Shown here one piece after another: positions 36,277 to 45,040 of a stretch of 64,000 nucleotides of DNA. Below the pieces are notes generated by a model. The model did not search any database. It saw only the letters and a list, made by a program, of their open reading frames with translations, and had not been told where the DNA came from. A program made the translations under genes and the position numbers. This DNA comes from Bacteroidota bacterium (GTDB lineage: Bacteria; Bacteroidota; Ignavibacteria; Palsa-1295). Position 1 is the stretch's first letter. Each line of letters begins with the position of its first letter. The stretch is taken from assembly GCA_018266755.1 (NCBI GenBank), contig JAFDZW010000002.1:289166-353165 (forward strand). Direction: 5' to 3'.

Positions 36277-36302
36277 TAGCCCACGACTTCAGCCGTGGGC
36301 TA
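36277..36302. repeat. short perfect hairpin between the two S9 peptidase genes
   Basis: TAGCCCACG-acttcagc-CGTGGGCTA. There is no adjacent U-run, so it is not a canonical terminator. Confidence 0.6.
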
Positions 36303-36324
36303 CCTATCGAATACCGGTACGCCT

Positions 36325-38151
36325 TCAGTTCAAATGCTTTGCCAGGAATCCTTCCATCGCCTCGTACACTTCGAACCGGTTCTCCTCGTTGTGGAACCCG
36401 TGGCCTTCGTTTTCTTTGACCATGTAAGGTACGTCGATACCGCGCGCTTGTAGTGCGGCGACGATCTGGTTGGATTCTTCGATGTTCACGCGTGGGTCCT
36501 TCGCGCCTTGAATGACAAAGAGCGGCGCTTTGATCTTATCCACATGGAAGACTGGCGAAGCAGCTCGAAGCAATTCCACATCCTTCTCGGGATCGCCGAC
36601 CATTTCGTACATCATTTCCAGCATCGGCTTCCAGTAGGGCGGGATCGTCTTCATGAAGGTGAAGAGATTCGATACGCCGACGTAATCCATGCCGCATGCA
36701 TAGAGATCCGGCGTGAACGTCATTCCCGCCAGCGTACAATATCCGCCGTAACTGCCACCGTAGATTGCGACACGTTTGGGGTCTGCAATACCTTGTGCGA
36801 TGAGCCACTGCACACCGTCAGTCACATCGTCTTGCATTGCGCGGCCCCATTGCTTGAACGATGCCTCCCAGAATTTCTTGCCGTACCCGGTCGAACCTCG
36901 GAAATTCATCTGGAACACCGCATAGCCGCGATTGGCAAAAAACTGCACTTCCGGATTGTATCCCCATACATCGCGATGCCACGGTCCGCCGTGCGGGTTG
37001 ACGATCACCGGAAGGTTCTTCGCCTCTTTGCCCTTCGGCACGGTAAGGTATCCGTGAATGGTGAGTCCGTCGCGCGAGGTGTAGGTGACCGGCTTCACTT
37101 CGCAGAGGTCGTTCTCGTCGAGCCAGGGGCTGACATCGGCAAGCTTCGTAAGCGTGTCGGTGTTTTTCTCGAAGAGATAGAACGAACCGAGTGAGCGGTC
37201 GCTGAACGTACGGACGATCATCACGTCCTCGTCTTTATTTTCGCTGGCGATCGTGACTTGATAATTCGGCAGCAATTCCTGGAGCCGTGCAAAGAGTTTT
37301 TCGGTCGCATGATCGAAGAAGTGCCGCTCGGTTCGCCACGTCGTGTACGTAGCGTGCGTAATAACTTTGCGCTTACGCGAATAATGGAATCGCGTAATAT
37401 CCACTTCCGGATGCTGGAAAATCATTTTCTTCTCTTCGCCGGTTGCCGGATCGACGAGCACGATCGCTTCGGTGTCGCGGCCGATATTGCTTGCACAATA
37501 GAGGTTCGTATTATCGAACATGAAAAAGAGCGGGCTGATCGAATCACGAAAATTCGTACTCAGGACCGGTTGGAAGGCGTCTGCTTCCGTTGCACGATAC
37601 AACAATGTGGTGTTTACGCCGTCGGTCGCTTGTGCGACACGTAGTTTCCCGTCATGGTCGGTGACCCAATGCGTGATGTTCCCCGGGTTTTCTGCGATCA
37701 TACTCATCGCGCCGGTGGTCACATCGATTCGATAGACGTCGAAGATCTCTTTGTTGCGCTTATTCATCGCAATGATCATCTCGGTCGGGTGCTCTTCGAG
37801 ATCGTCGACGACCTGAACGGTCACCTGCTCGAACGGCGTAAGGTCCTTGATGTCGCTGCCATCGACGCTGACGGAAACCAGATGAAAATTCTCATCGCCG
37901 CCGAAATCCTTCGCATAAATCAGCCGGTCGTTCTGCTTCCAGAAATATCCGGCCATATCGCGGGCCGTCTCGCTCGTGAGGCGGCGTGCTTCCCCGCCTG
38001 CTCGCGGACGAACGAAGATATTGCGCCGACGCTCGTAGGGTGCGAGGTACGAGATCCAATTGCCGTCGGGCGAGATCTGATACCCGGACTGGTCGGGATT
38101 GCGGAAAAAGTCTTTGAGGTCGTACCGTTTCGGGGTGTTGTTCTTGGCCAT
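36325..38151 (-). CDS. S9 family serine peptidase, paralog without signal peptide
   Basis: Collinear with 34241..36118 along its whole length (e.g. DFFRNP..S.YQISPDG.WISYLAPYE, GGSYGGY, VIQGAKDPRVNIEESNQIV). The N-terminus MAKNNTPKRYDLKDFF lacks a signal peptide. Confidence 0.9.
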   Translation of the reverse strand: MAKNNTPKRYDLKDFFRNPDQSGYQISPDGNWISYLAPYERRRNIFVRPRAGGEARRLTSETARDMAGYFWKQNDRLIYAKDFGGDENFHLVSVSVDGSDIKDLTPFEQVTVQVVDDLEEHPTEMIIAMNKRNKEIFDVYRIDVTTGAMSMIAENPGNITHWVTDHDGKLRVAQATDGVNTTLLYRATEADAFQPVLSTNFRDSISPLFFMFDNTNLYCASNIGRDTEAIVLVDPATGEEKKMIFQHPEVDITRFHYSRKRKVITHATYTTWRTERHFFDHATEKLFARLQELLPNYQVTIASENKDEDVMIVRTFSDRSLGSFYLFEKNTDTLTKLADVSPWLDENDLCEVKPVTYTSRDGLTIHGYLTVPKGKEAKNLPVIVNPHGGPWHRDVWGYNPEVQFFANRGYAVFQMNFRGSTGYGKKFWEASFKQWGRAMQDDVTDGVQWLIAQGIADPKRVAIYGGSYGGYCTLAGMTFTPDLYACGMDYVGVSNLFTFMKTIPPYWKPMLEMMYEMVGDPEKDVELLRAASPVFHVDKIKAPLFVIQGAKDPRVNIEESNQIVAALQARGIDVPYMVKENEGHGFHNEENRFEVYEAMEGFLAKHLN

Positions 38152-38228
38152 GGATTACAACAATCTATAATGCAATCGCAGGATAACGCTTTCGGCGAGA
38201 AGGCCATTCCGAACCGAACGGAGGGGTT

Positions 38229-38369
38229 GTGGCTCAGTTTGAAACGGTGTAAGGAGCTGTCATTCTCAGCAACGCGAAGAATCCCTTTGGCGGTGCCTCA
38301 TAGGGTTTCATCAAGGGATTCTTCGTTTCACTCAGAATGACGATTGAAATACAACCAAAACCGAGCCAC
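38229..38369. repeat. palindromic element family A, copy 5 (core 38259-38341 plus outer arms)
   Basis: GTGGCTCAGTTTGAAACGGTGTA...GTCATTCTCAGCAACGCGAAGAATCCCTTTGG...CAAGGGATTCTTCGTTTCACTCAGAATGAC...TACAACCAAAACCGAGCCAC. Confidence 0.88.
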
Positions 38370-38436
38370 TACCAACGGAGGAACGGGTACTCATGATGGG
38401 AGGTTGTCTCATGATCAACGCCTACTTACACAAACT

Positions 38437-38739
38437 ATGAGCCTCTTCAAGATGACCGCCGAGCAACGTGCGGACCAGGACGTTACTACCCGCTTGTTCG
38501 TCTCCTATATCGGGACGATGCTTATCGCTTCACTGTGCGTGTACCTCGCAAAGGCGTTCGGGATGGGAATAGAATCGCTGCACCAGAAGGAAGGTGGCGT
38601 GCTGCTCCTTTCTGCGATAACAACGCTGAGTACGGCGGCAAACACCCTCCGATGGCCATGGAAGACGATCGTGCTCGTGACGATCTTCGACGGTCTGCTC
38701 GTCGCCACTATTTCACTGGTGATCGGCATCAATTTCTAA
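38437..38739 (+). CDS. small hypothetical membrane protein
   Basis: Three predicted TM stretches (LFVSYIGTMLIASLCVYLAKAF, VLLLSAITTLSTAA, IVLVTIFDGLLVATISLVIGI). I used the ATG at 38437 because the ORF-track start at 38344 lies inside a palindromic repeat. Confidence 0.45.
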   Translation: MSLFKMTAEQRADQDVTTRLFVSYIGTMLIASLCVYLAKAFGMGIESLHQKEGGVLLLSAITTLSTAANTLRWPWKTIVLVTIFDGLLVATISLVIGINF

Positions 38740-38760
38740 CCGCATAATTGTGTGGCAAAC

Positions 38761-38790
38761 AAAAAGCCCTCGCAGAGCGAGGGCTTTTTC
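38761..38790. terminator. bidirectional rho-independent terminator between convergent genes
   Basis: AAAAAGCCCTCGC-agag-CGAGGGCTTTTTC. The stem is flanked by an A-run and a T-run. Confidence 0.8.
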
Positions 38791-38813
38791 GTATGATCGC
38801 GTAGTACGTACGC

Positions 38814-39503
38814 TCAGTTCATCGACGGGCAGACGATGTTGTTCTCGCGGACGACGCCGGTGAGCATCTCGTAATATGCCTTGGCGCTGGCGCGGGCTGC
38901 GGAGATCGCAAGCTCTTCGTCTTCCTTCGTCGTGATGAGCGACGCAAGCATATCGCGTTCTGCACGGCGATGGACGATATCGGCCTCTTCGTGTACTTTG
39001 AAGAACGACAACCCGTAGTCGCTCTCGACACCGTAGAATTTCTTCAACCCTTCGATCTTCGTGGTAGAGACCTCCGGGATCTGCGACTCATACGCATAGA
39101 GTGCCGCTACACCCTCGAGCGTCGAGCCGTTACGGCAAAGACCCATGAGGGTCCCGTCGAGCGACGCGGTTTCGGCGTAGGGCTTGGCGGCACGAACATC
39201 GGTGCGATCCGAGCCGAGCGATTCGCTGAAGCGAAGCCACAATTCCGGATGATTTTCCTCGCCCCACTCTTCTTCGAGCAGGTTCTCGAGGAGCTGTTTG
39301 CGTACCATCGGGTCGTCGGCGCCGCTGTGGACGGCCGAGACGTAGCGCGGGAAGTTGCGCTCGAACTGGTAGTACTGCTTGGCGTATTCCTGAAGCTGCG
39401 CGTTCGTCAGGGTGCCGGCATTCCAGGCCTGATAGAACGGGTGGTTCAGGACGTTGTATTCGGCGATAACGGCATCAAGCCGCGTCAAGAAATCGGTTGC
39501 CAT
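38814..39503 (-). CDS. CADD / PqqC-TenA-like diiron oxygenase family protein (homolog of chlamydial CT610 p-aminobenzoate synthase)
   Basis: Collinear with my recollection of C. trachomatis CADD: HPFYQAWNAGTLTNAQLQEYAKQYYQFERNFPRYVSAVHSGADD, EEEWGEENHPELW, GVAALYAYESQIPEVS, FFKVHEEADIVHRRAE. 229 aa. Confidence 0.85.
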   Translation of the reverse strand: MATDFLTRLDAVIAEYNVLNHPFYQAWNAGTLTNAQLQEYAKQYYQFERNFPRYVSAVHSGADDPMVRKQLLENLLEEEWGEENHPELWLRFSESLGSDRTDVRAAKPYAETASLDGTLMGLCRNGSTLEGVAALYAYESQIPEVSTTKIEGLKKFYGVESDYGLSFFKVHEEADIVHRRAERDMLASLITTKEDEELAISAARASAKAYYEMLTGVVRENNIVCPSMN

Positions 39504-39763
39504 GCGCGTGATACTATTGTTTGGGTGAAGAAACGAGTAAACACAAAAATACGCAGAAAGATCGAGCCCTGTGAAGAAGTTGACCGTTGAGTGTTACAAA
39601 CCGGGCATTCATTTTGTCATCTATATGGGGAAATCGCCGCAGATACGTCGCTCGATGCCCCTGAGGCGCCCCAAACCGACGCGGAAACCTATCGCAGCGG
39701 TCGGGACATAGTAAGAGAGGGAGTAATCTGTACTCGAATCTTTCACCGGAGGCTACACTAACT

Positions 39764-41635
39764 GTGAAGCGCGTTGCTTCGATATTTCTCGTCTATATCG
39801 GGCTGTGTTGTCTTACCGTGCAGGTTGCGTCGGCTCAGTGGAGCACGATCGGCACCCGGCGGTTTTCCGCATTCGATATGGTTACCCCGCACCACGGACT
39901 CGCAGCAACGAGCGATGTGGGCCTTCCGATCCTATGTTTATACGACGCCGACACCATCGGTGGCATCCTGACGCTCTCGAACGTCGTCACCTCGATTATT
40001 GCCGTCGACAGCAATACCGCCTACTTTACCGTTCGCAACGACGGACTCTACCAGGCCACAAATCGGTGGACGACCTTCACGAAGATTTATTCGAGCGACT
40101 CGCTAACACTCCTTGCCGTTGCGGGGAAGCACGTGATCGCCCGTTCGAACAATCATGTCATCTATAGCAACGACGGCGGCCAGAGCTTTCAGAACGTGAA
40201 TGGGCTCCCTGTTGCGTTTTTGCCGCTGCAATTTATTTGGGCGGTGACGGCCGTCGGCACACAATCGTTCGTTGCGGTGGACGTCGGGGATATATATCTC
40301 TCGAGAGATGGCGGCGCCAACTGGACCACTGTGCTCAGCGGCCTGACCGAGATGCGCTCAGCGTATTGCGATCACATCAATAATATTGTGTATGTCGGCG
40401 GTGGTGCCCTCTATCGGTCACTTGATAGCGGAGCACACTGGCAAAAAGTCCTGAGCCCGATCTTCGATCTCAAAGGCGCTATCGCCGGGACGAACGATTG
40501 CACCGGTGCTCTGTATATCGGCCCTGATCACCACACCCGTGGCGAGCTACTGCGCACGACGACGCTCGGCAAATTCTTTCAGTCGGTCGGGGCCGCAAAT
40601 CTTGCTTCGACGAGACAGTTGCAGATGGAGGTCTTCGACCGCGGTTCGACGGTGTTTTATCTCGACTCCAGCGGCATCTTGTCGGTCACACGAGTCGGTG
40701 TCGATAGTACGGTGACGGATCTGGTGGCGTCGCAAGTGCAACTCACAGTCGATACGACCTTGCATAATGCCTTCTGCCCCAATGCCGTCGCATCGAAAGC
40801 AACATTCCACGTTGGTTACAACGAATGTACCGCAATCAGAATCGACAGCATCAAGCTCGTCAAGCCGAACCCCGCATTCGCCATCGGCTTCGTCCCGGTT
40901 GTACTCGGCGACAGCTCGATTGATGTTCCGTTCACGTATCGTGCCCGCTCCGAGAATCCCGACAGCGCACGATGCCGGATGTGGTTCCATTCGACATCCT
41001 CCGGGAATCATGAAACGATCGACTTCATGCTTCGCGGAATTCCCGATCTCGGTCAGGCGGGCTTCACACTTTCGACATCGACACTCGATTTTGGCAAAGT
41101 GCCGGTCGATTCGACAAAGCGGTTCTCCTACACGGTTACCAACAGCGGCTGCGATACGCTTGTGATCGATGCCGTGGCATCGAGCGACCCGTCGGTGTTC
41201 ATTCTCTCGGGCAGCAAGTTACCGATCGTACTTGCTCCGGGCGGGAGTACGCCTACCTCTGTCGGGTTCAAACCGCACGAAGGCCGTCAGTATCTTGAAT
41301 CCGTGAACATTCACACGAATCTCGGGATGCGCTTTGTCGTGCTCAAAGGCATCGGTGTCAGTTCGCCGGACGATACGCTGTCGTCGGCATCCTCGACAGC
41401 GTTGGCAACCGACGTTGCGATCTACCCGAACCCTGCCACCGACTGGGTGAGAATCCCCTGCGATCCGTCACATCTACATGAGCTTCGCATGTTCGATGCG
41501 CTGGGCCGTTCGATCCCATCGCTTATCCGATCGTCCGATGCATCAAGCATCACGCTTGATATTCATTCCTTGCACGCTGGTACATACTCCGTCGTACTCG
41601 GTACTCGCATAGGGATGCGATTCATCAAAGAGTGA
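39764..41635 (+). CDS. secreted Asp-box propeller plus Ig-like (choice-of-anchor-D/ASH-like) protein with T9SS C-terminal sorting domain
   Basis: GTG start with GGAGG upstream. Signal peptide ...CLTVQVASAQ. Asp-boxes SNDGGQSF, SRDGGANW, SLDSGAHW. Ig module LDFGKVPVDSTKRFSYTVTNSGCDTLVIDAV. Tail IYPNPATDWVRIPC...LRMFDALGRS...LHAGTYSVVL. Confidence 0.8.
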   Translation: MKRVASIFLVYIGLCCLTVQVASAQWSTIGTRRFSAFDMVTPHHGLAATSDVGLPILCLYDADTIGGILTLSNVVTSIIAVDSNTAYFTVRNDGLYQATNRWTTFTKIYSSDSLTLLAVAGKHVIARSNNHVIYSNDGGQSFQNVNGLPVAFLPLQFIWAVTAVGTQSFVAVDVGDIYLSRDGGANWTTVLSGLTEMRSAYCDHINNIVYVGGGALYRSLDSGAHWQKVLSPIFDLKGAIAGTNDCTGALYIGPDHHTRGELLRTTTLGKFFQSVGAANLASTRQLQMEVFDRGSTVFYLDSSGILSVTRVGVDSTVTDLVASQVQLTVDTTLHNAFCPNAVASKATFHVGYNECTAIRIDSIKLVKPNPAFAIGFVPVVLGDSSIDVPFTYRARSENPDSARCRMWFHSTSSGNHETIDFMLRGIPDLGQAGFTLSTSTLDFGKVPVDSTKRFSYTVTNSGCDTLVIDAVASSDPSVFILSGSKLPIVLAPGGSTPTSVGFKPHEGRQYLESVNIHTNLGMRFVVLKGIGVSSPDDTLSSASSTALATDVAIYPNPATDWVRIPCDPSHLHELRMFDALGRSIPSLIRSSDASSITLDIHSLHAGTYSVVLGTRIGMRFIKE

Positions 41636-44600
41636 AATTCATTTCGTTCATATCGCTCTGCCTGCTGCTCGTCATCTGTCGGACGGAGGCCTCGGCGCAA
41701 CATTGGACGAAAGTACTCAGTGTTCAGTCGGTCGGCAGTGCCGGGGCATTCACGAATGCCGATCACGGATGCATCGGTACCGGTGATTATTCGAGCGGCG
41801 CGGCGATCCAGATCTGGTTTACCAGTGACGGCGGCGCACACTGGACCCGCTCGCTTCTGCCGAACATGCGTCTCAATGGGCAGGTTACCGACATGGCCTT
41901 TCGCGACGAACTCAACGGGTGGGCGACGATCCAGGAATCGATCGAACACGGATGGAGCGGTCTCTATCGTACCTACGATGGCGGCCGAACCTGGCAGTTG
42001 TGGACGCAAGCGACATTCCCCGTCTCAATCAGGATCACCGGTCGCGGCATTTTTTATGTCGAACGTTATGCGGGCATCAAGCGCTCGACCGACGACGGAC
42101 TGACATTTACGAACATCCTCTTTTCCGGCGGTGCACTTGGCCTCGACTTCATGAACGACAACGTCGGGATCATGACGACCGAAGGCGACCCAAGCCAGCC
42201 ATACTATACCACCGTCGATGGCGGCCAAAACTGGCTTCCCTATCAGGCCAGGCGTGAATCATGGGGAGCATTCGCCGACCCTGCATCCAAGAAGCTCTTC
42301 TTTTCGAGCGAGCACGATATTCCATACCCTGGTTCGCAGTCGTTCGTCGGGATGAGTTCGAACTTCGGTGTGACCTTCCAGCAATCGTATCTTACCGATT
42401 CGACCGATGGCCTCACCGGTGGTATCTCGGGCGCTCGCGGTTGCCGTTCGGTCGTCTATATTCAGCGCCAGTATGCCGCGCGCGGAAATACGAATCTCGA
42501 CGACGGCATGCTCCGCAGTACCGACGGCGGTCTGAAGTGGGTACCGATCGGAGGCCCCTACAATTACAACGACAAACGATTCGCGGTCACCGGCCGCGGA
42601 GCAGTCGTCTATGCATTCGATCACGTAGGCGGAATCTGGAAAACAAGCGACGGCGGCGACGGGACACTCACGCCGTCGGTCCTCAATTCGTTCAAGGTCA
42701 TTTCAATCGGCAGCTCGGGCCCATTGAATGCGACAGTATGCGACAGCGCCTCCGTCGTGTTCAAGTTTAATTATGCCGATTGCGACAGTGTGTCGATCAT
42801 CGGCGTCGAATTTCCCGATGACTCGCTGCACGAACTTTCCTCGCCGCATCGTCCCCGATTCTTCGGGTATGGCGGTTCATCTGTCGATTCGGTAACGATC
42901 CGATTCAAGCCGGTCGCAAGTGGGACAAATACCAGAACGATCCGTTTTAGTATTCGTCAGGCCGACGGGTTCATCCAGGACACTATTGTAACGATCACGA
43001 TCAACGCCTTTCCCTCACCCGAGAAATTATCGATTGCGGAAGTAGTCGGCGATTCGCTCGGGTTTGGTGAAGCAAGTGTCTGTGGTGGAGACTCCGTACG
43101 AACGATCACCATCTCGAATCTCGGATGTACCGGCCTATCAATTGTAAACGTGCAAGTTCTCGGCACCTCATTTTCGTTGCGATCGGGCTTCACCCCGTTC
43201 GTGCTCGACCCGGGATTCTCGAAACAATATCTGCTGCGTTATAAAGCAACACTGGTCGGACCGGAGGTCGGAGCGCTGGTGGTGACGACTGCAACCCAAT
43301 CGGATACGACCTCATTACGCGGCATCGGGAAAGCGGGGCAACGATTACTCGTCCTCTCCCAACCGTCGATTACGAGCACGATCTGCGACTCTGCGCTTGT
43401 AACGATCCATCTTCGCAATTTCTCTTGCTCGTCTGTTCGTATCGATTCGATGACCGTGCCCGACCCATATCGGCTTGGCGCCGTCACACTGCCGGTCTCG
43501 ATCCCAACGGATTCACAAATCACTATTCCGCTTCGCTTCGTCCCCTCGACACCCGGCACATATTCGCTCCCCATCGTTGTACATGGCAAAGACATCAACG
43601 AAGCGTTCGATACGAACCTAACGGTGACGGCGGTCGCCACCGAGGGCACGGCATCCTACTCCTATTCGCCCGATCATATCGATTTCGGTTCGGTCTCGGT
43701 GTGCTCGGCACGCGAGTTTACCGTGACGGTTGTGAGCACCGGTTGCGATACACTGGAGATACCGGTGGATACGCTTGGCGGTGCCGATACAGCAGCATTC
43801 CACATCACGGCGGACGTCTCGACCCGGCGAGTGCTTGGTGGCGACACGATTCGCATCACCGTTCGCTTCCACCCGTTCGTAAAAACCACGTACAATACGA
43901 CGCTTCATATCACAACGAACGTCGGTATGATCGACATACCGATGACAGGGACCGGATCGTCGGACCCCGGCGTACTTTCGCTCGGCGATGCGACACTTGG
44001 GACCATCCTTACTTGCAACGATACTACGTTTGCGATCCGATTGGAGAATACGACCTGCGACTCGCTTGTGTTCGACTCGCTACGGATCGAAGGAATCGCC
44101 AGTGCCGACTTCGCGATTGCCGCAAACACACCGCAGCCGCTCGCGATCGGGAGTGCTGTCACACTCGGCGGAAGATTCGCACCACTTACCGGCGGGAGCC
44201 GTGACGCAATCCTGCACTGCTATTTGCACAAGAGCGATGGCTCGACCGTAGAGGTCACGTCACAGCTTCATGGCGACGCATTGCAACCACAACCCGTGCG
44301 CATCACACTCAATGCAGGTGCCATCACATCGGTACCCGGTAGCGTCGTCTCGATTCCCGTGGAAGTACTCGATACATGCTATGTCGATGTTCGGACGGTG
44401 CGCCTCGTCCTGAAGCTCAACACCGATCTGCTCACCCCGACGGCATTCGTCACGACAGGATCGATCATGCAAGGGATGAGCATTCGCAGTTTCGCAGCCG
44501 AAGGAGATACGGCAAGCGTGCTGCTCGATGTTCCAGCGGGTCAGCACCTCGCAAGCGGATTGTTCGGCACGATGATCTGCTCGACGTATGTCACCGACAC

Positions 44601-45030
44601 CAATTTCACTCCGATCACGATCGCAGCGTTCGATCTTCAAGATGCTAATGGTGCAAGTGAGTGCCTGCCGACGACACTCGCAGCCCAGTCGCAGTCATCG
44701 TTCACGCTGTTGGGAGAATGCGGGACGAACGTACTCGAACAATATCTCCAGCACGGACCAAGTGCGATTTATATCACCGGTATCGTCCCCAATCCTGCGC
44801 ATCGGACAATCATGATCCATGCTCGTGTTCGAGGGGGTCTTGGTGAACCGATCGTGATCGATATTATCAACGATGCCGGAGCGATTGTGCAATCACAGGT
44901 CGTTCAACCGCCGACCGCTACAGCGGTGATCAGCGTACCAATTATACTCGAAGGCGCATCGGGGCCGCGAACCGTGCGTATGCGCAGCGGCTCGTTCGAA
45001 GCGAATGAACGATTCCTCTACTTGAAATAA
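41632..45030 (+). CDS. large secreted Asp-box propeller plus multiple Ig-like (choice-of-anchor-D/ASH-like) modules plus cohesin-like module, with T9SS C-terminal sorting domain
   Basis: The GTG start overlaps the upstream stop (GTGA). Signal peptide MKFISFISLCLLLVICRTEASAQ. Asp-boxes TSDGGAHW, TYDGGRTW, TVDGGQNW, STDGGLKW. Repeated LGFGEASVCGGDSVRTITISNLGCTGLSI and IDFGSVSVCSAREFTVTVVSTGCDTLEI. Tail VPNPAHRTIMIH...IINDAGAIV. Confidence 0.8.
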   Translation: MKFISFISLCLLLVICRTEASAQHWTKVLSVQSVGSAGAFTNADHGCIGTGDYSSGAAIQIWFTSDGGAHWTRSLLPNMRLNGQVTDMAFRDELNGWATIQESIEHGWSGLYRTYDGGRTWQLWTQATFPVSIRITGRGIFYVERYAGIKRSTDDGLTFTNILFSGGALGLDFMNDNVGIMTTEGDPSQPYYTTVDGGQNWLPYQARRESWGAFADPASKKLFFSSEHDIPYPGSQSFVGMSSNFGVTFQQSYLTDSTDGLTGGISGARGCRSVVYIQRQYAARGNTNLDDGMLRSTDGGLKWVPIGGPYNYNDKRFAVTGRGAVVYAFDHVGGIWKTSDGGDGTLTPSVLNSFKVISIGSSGPLNATVCDSASVVFKFNYADCDSVSIIGVEFPDDSLHELSSPHRPRFFGYGGSSVDSVTIRFKPVASGTNTRTIRFSIRQADGFIQDTIVTITINAFPSPEKLSIAEVVGDSLGFGEASVCGGDSVRTITISNLGCTGLSIVNVQVLGTSFSLRSGFTPFVLDPGFSKQYLLRYKATLVGPEVGALVVTTATQSDTTSLRGIGKAGQRLLVLSQPSITSTICDSALVTIHLRNFSCSSVRIDSMTVPDPYRLGAVTLPVSIPTDSQITIPLRFVPSTPGTYSLPIVVHGKDINEAFDTNLTVTAVATEGTASYSYSPDHIDFGSVSVCSAREFTVTVVSTGCDTLEIPVDTLGGADTAAFHITADVSTRRVLGGDTIRITVRFHPFVKTTYNTTLHITTNVGMIDIPMTGTGSSDPGVLSLGDATLGTILTCNDTTFAIRLENTTCDSLVFDSLRIEGIASADFAIAANTPQPLAIGSAVTLGGRFAPLTGGSRDAILHCYLHKSDGSTVEVTSQLHGDALQPQPVRITLNAGAITSVPGSVVSIPVEVLDTCYVDVRTVRLVLKLNTDLLTPTAFVTTGSIMQGMSIRSFAAEGDTASVLLDVPAGQHLASGLFGTMICSTYVTDTNFTPITIAAFDLQDANGASECLPTTLAAQSQSSFTLLGECGTNVLEQYLQHGPSAIYITGIVPNPAHRTIMIHARVRGGLGEPIVIDIINDAGAIVQSQVVQPPTATAVISVPIILEGASGPRTVRMRSGSFEANERFLYLK

Positions 45031-45040
45031 ATGGGAGCGC

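Noticed and set aside
34913-38340. Long ORFs antisense to the two S9 peptidase genes (365, 228, 128 and 228 aa).
   Set aside because: They are mirror-frame artefacts. The sense-strand genes carry catalytic-triad motifs.
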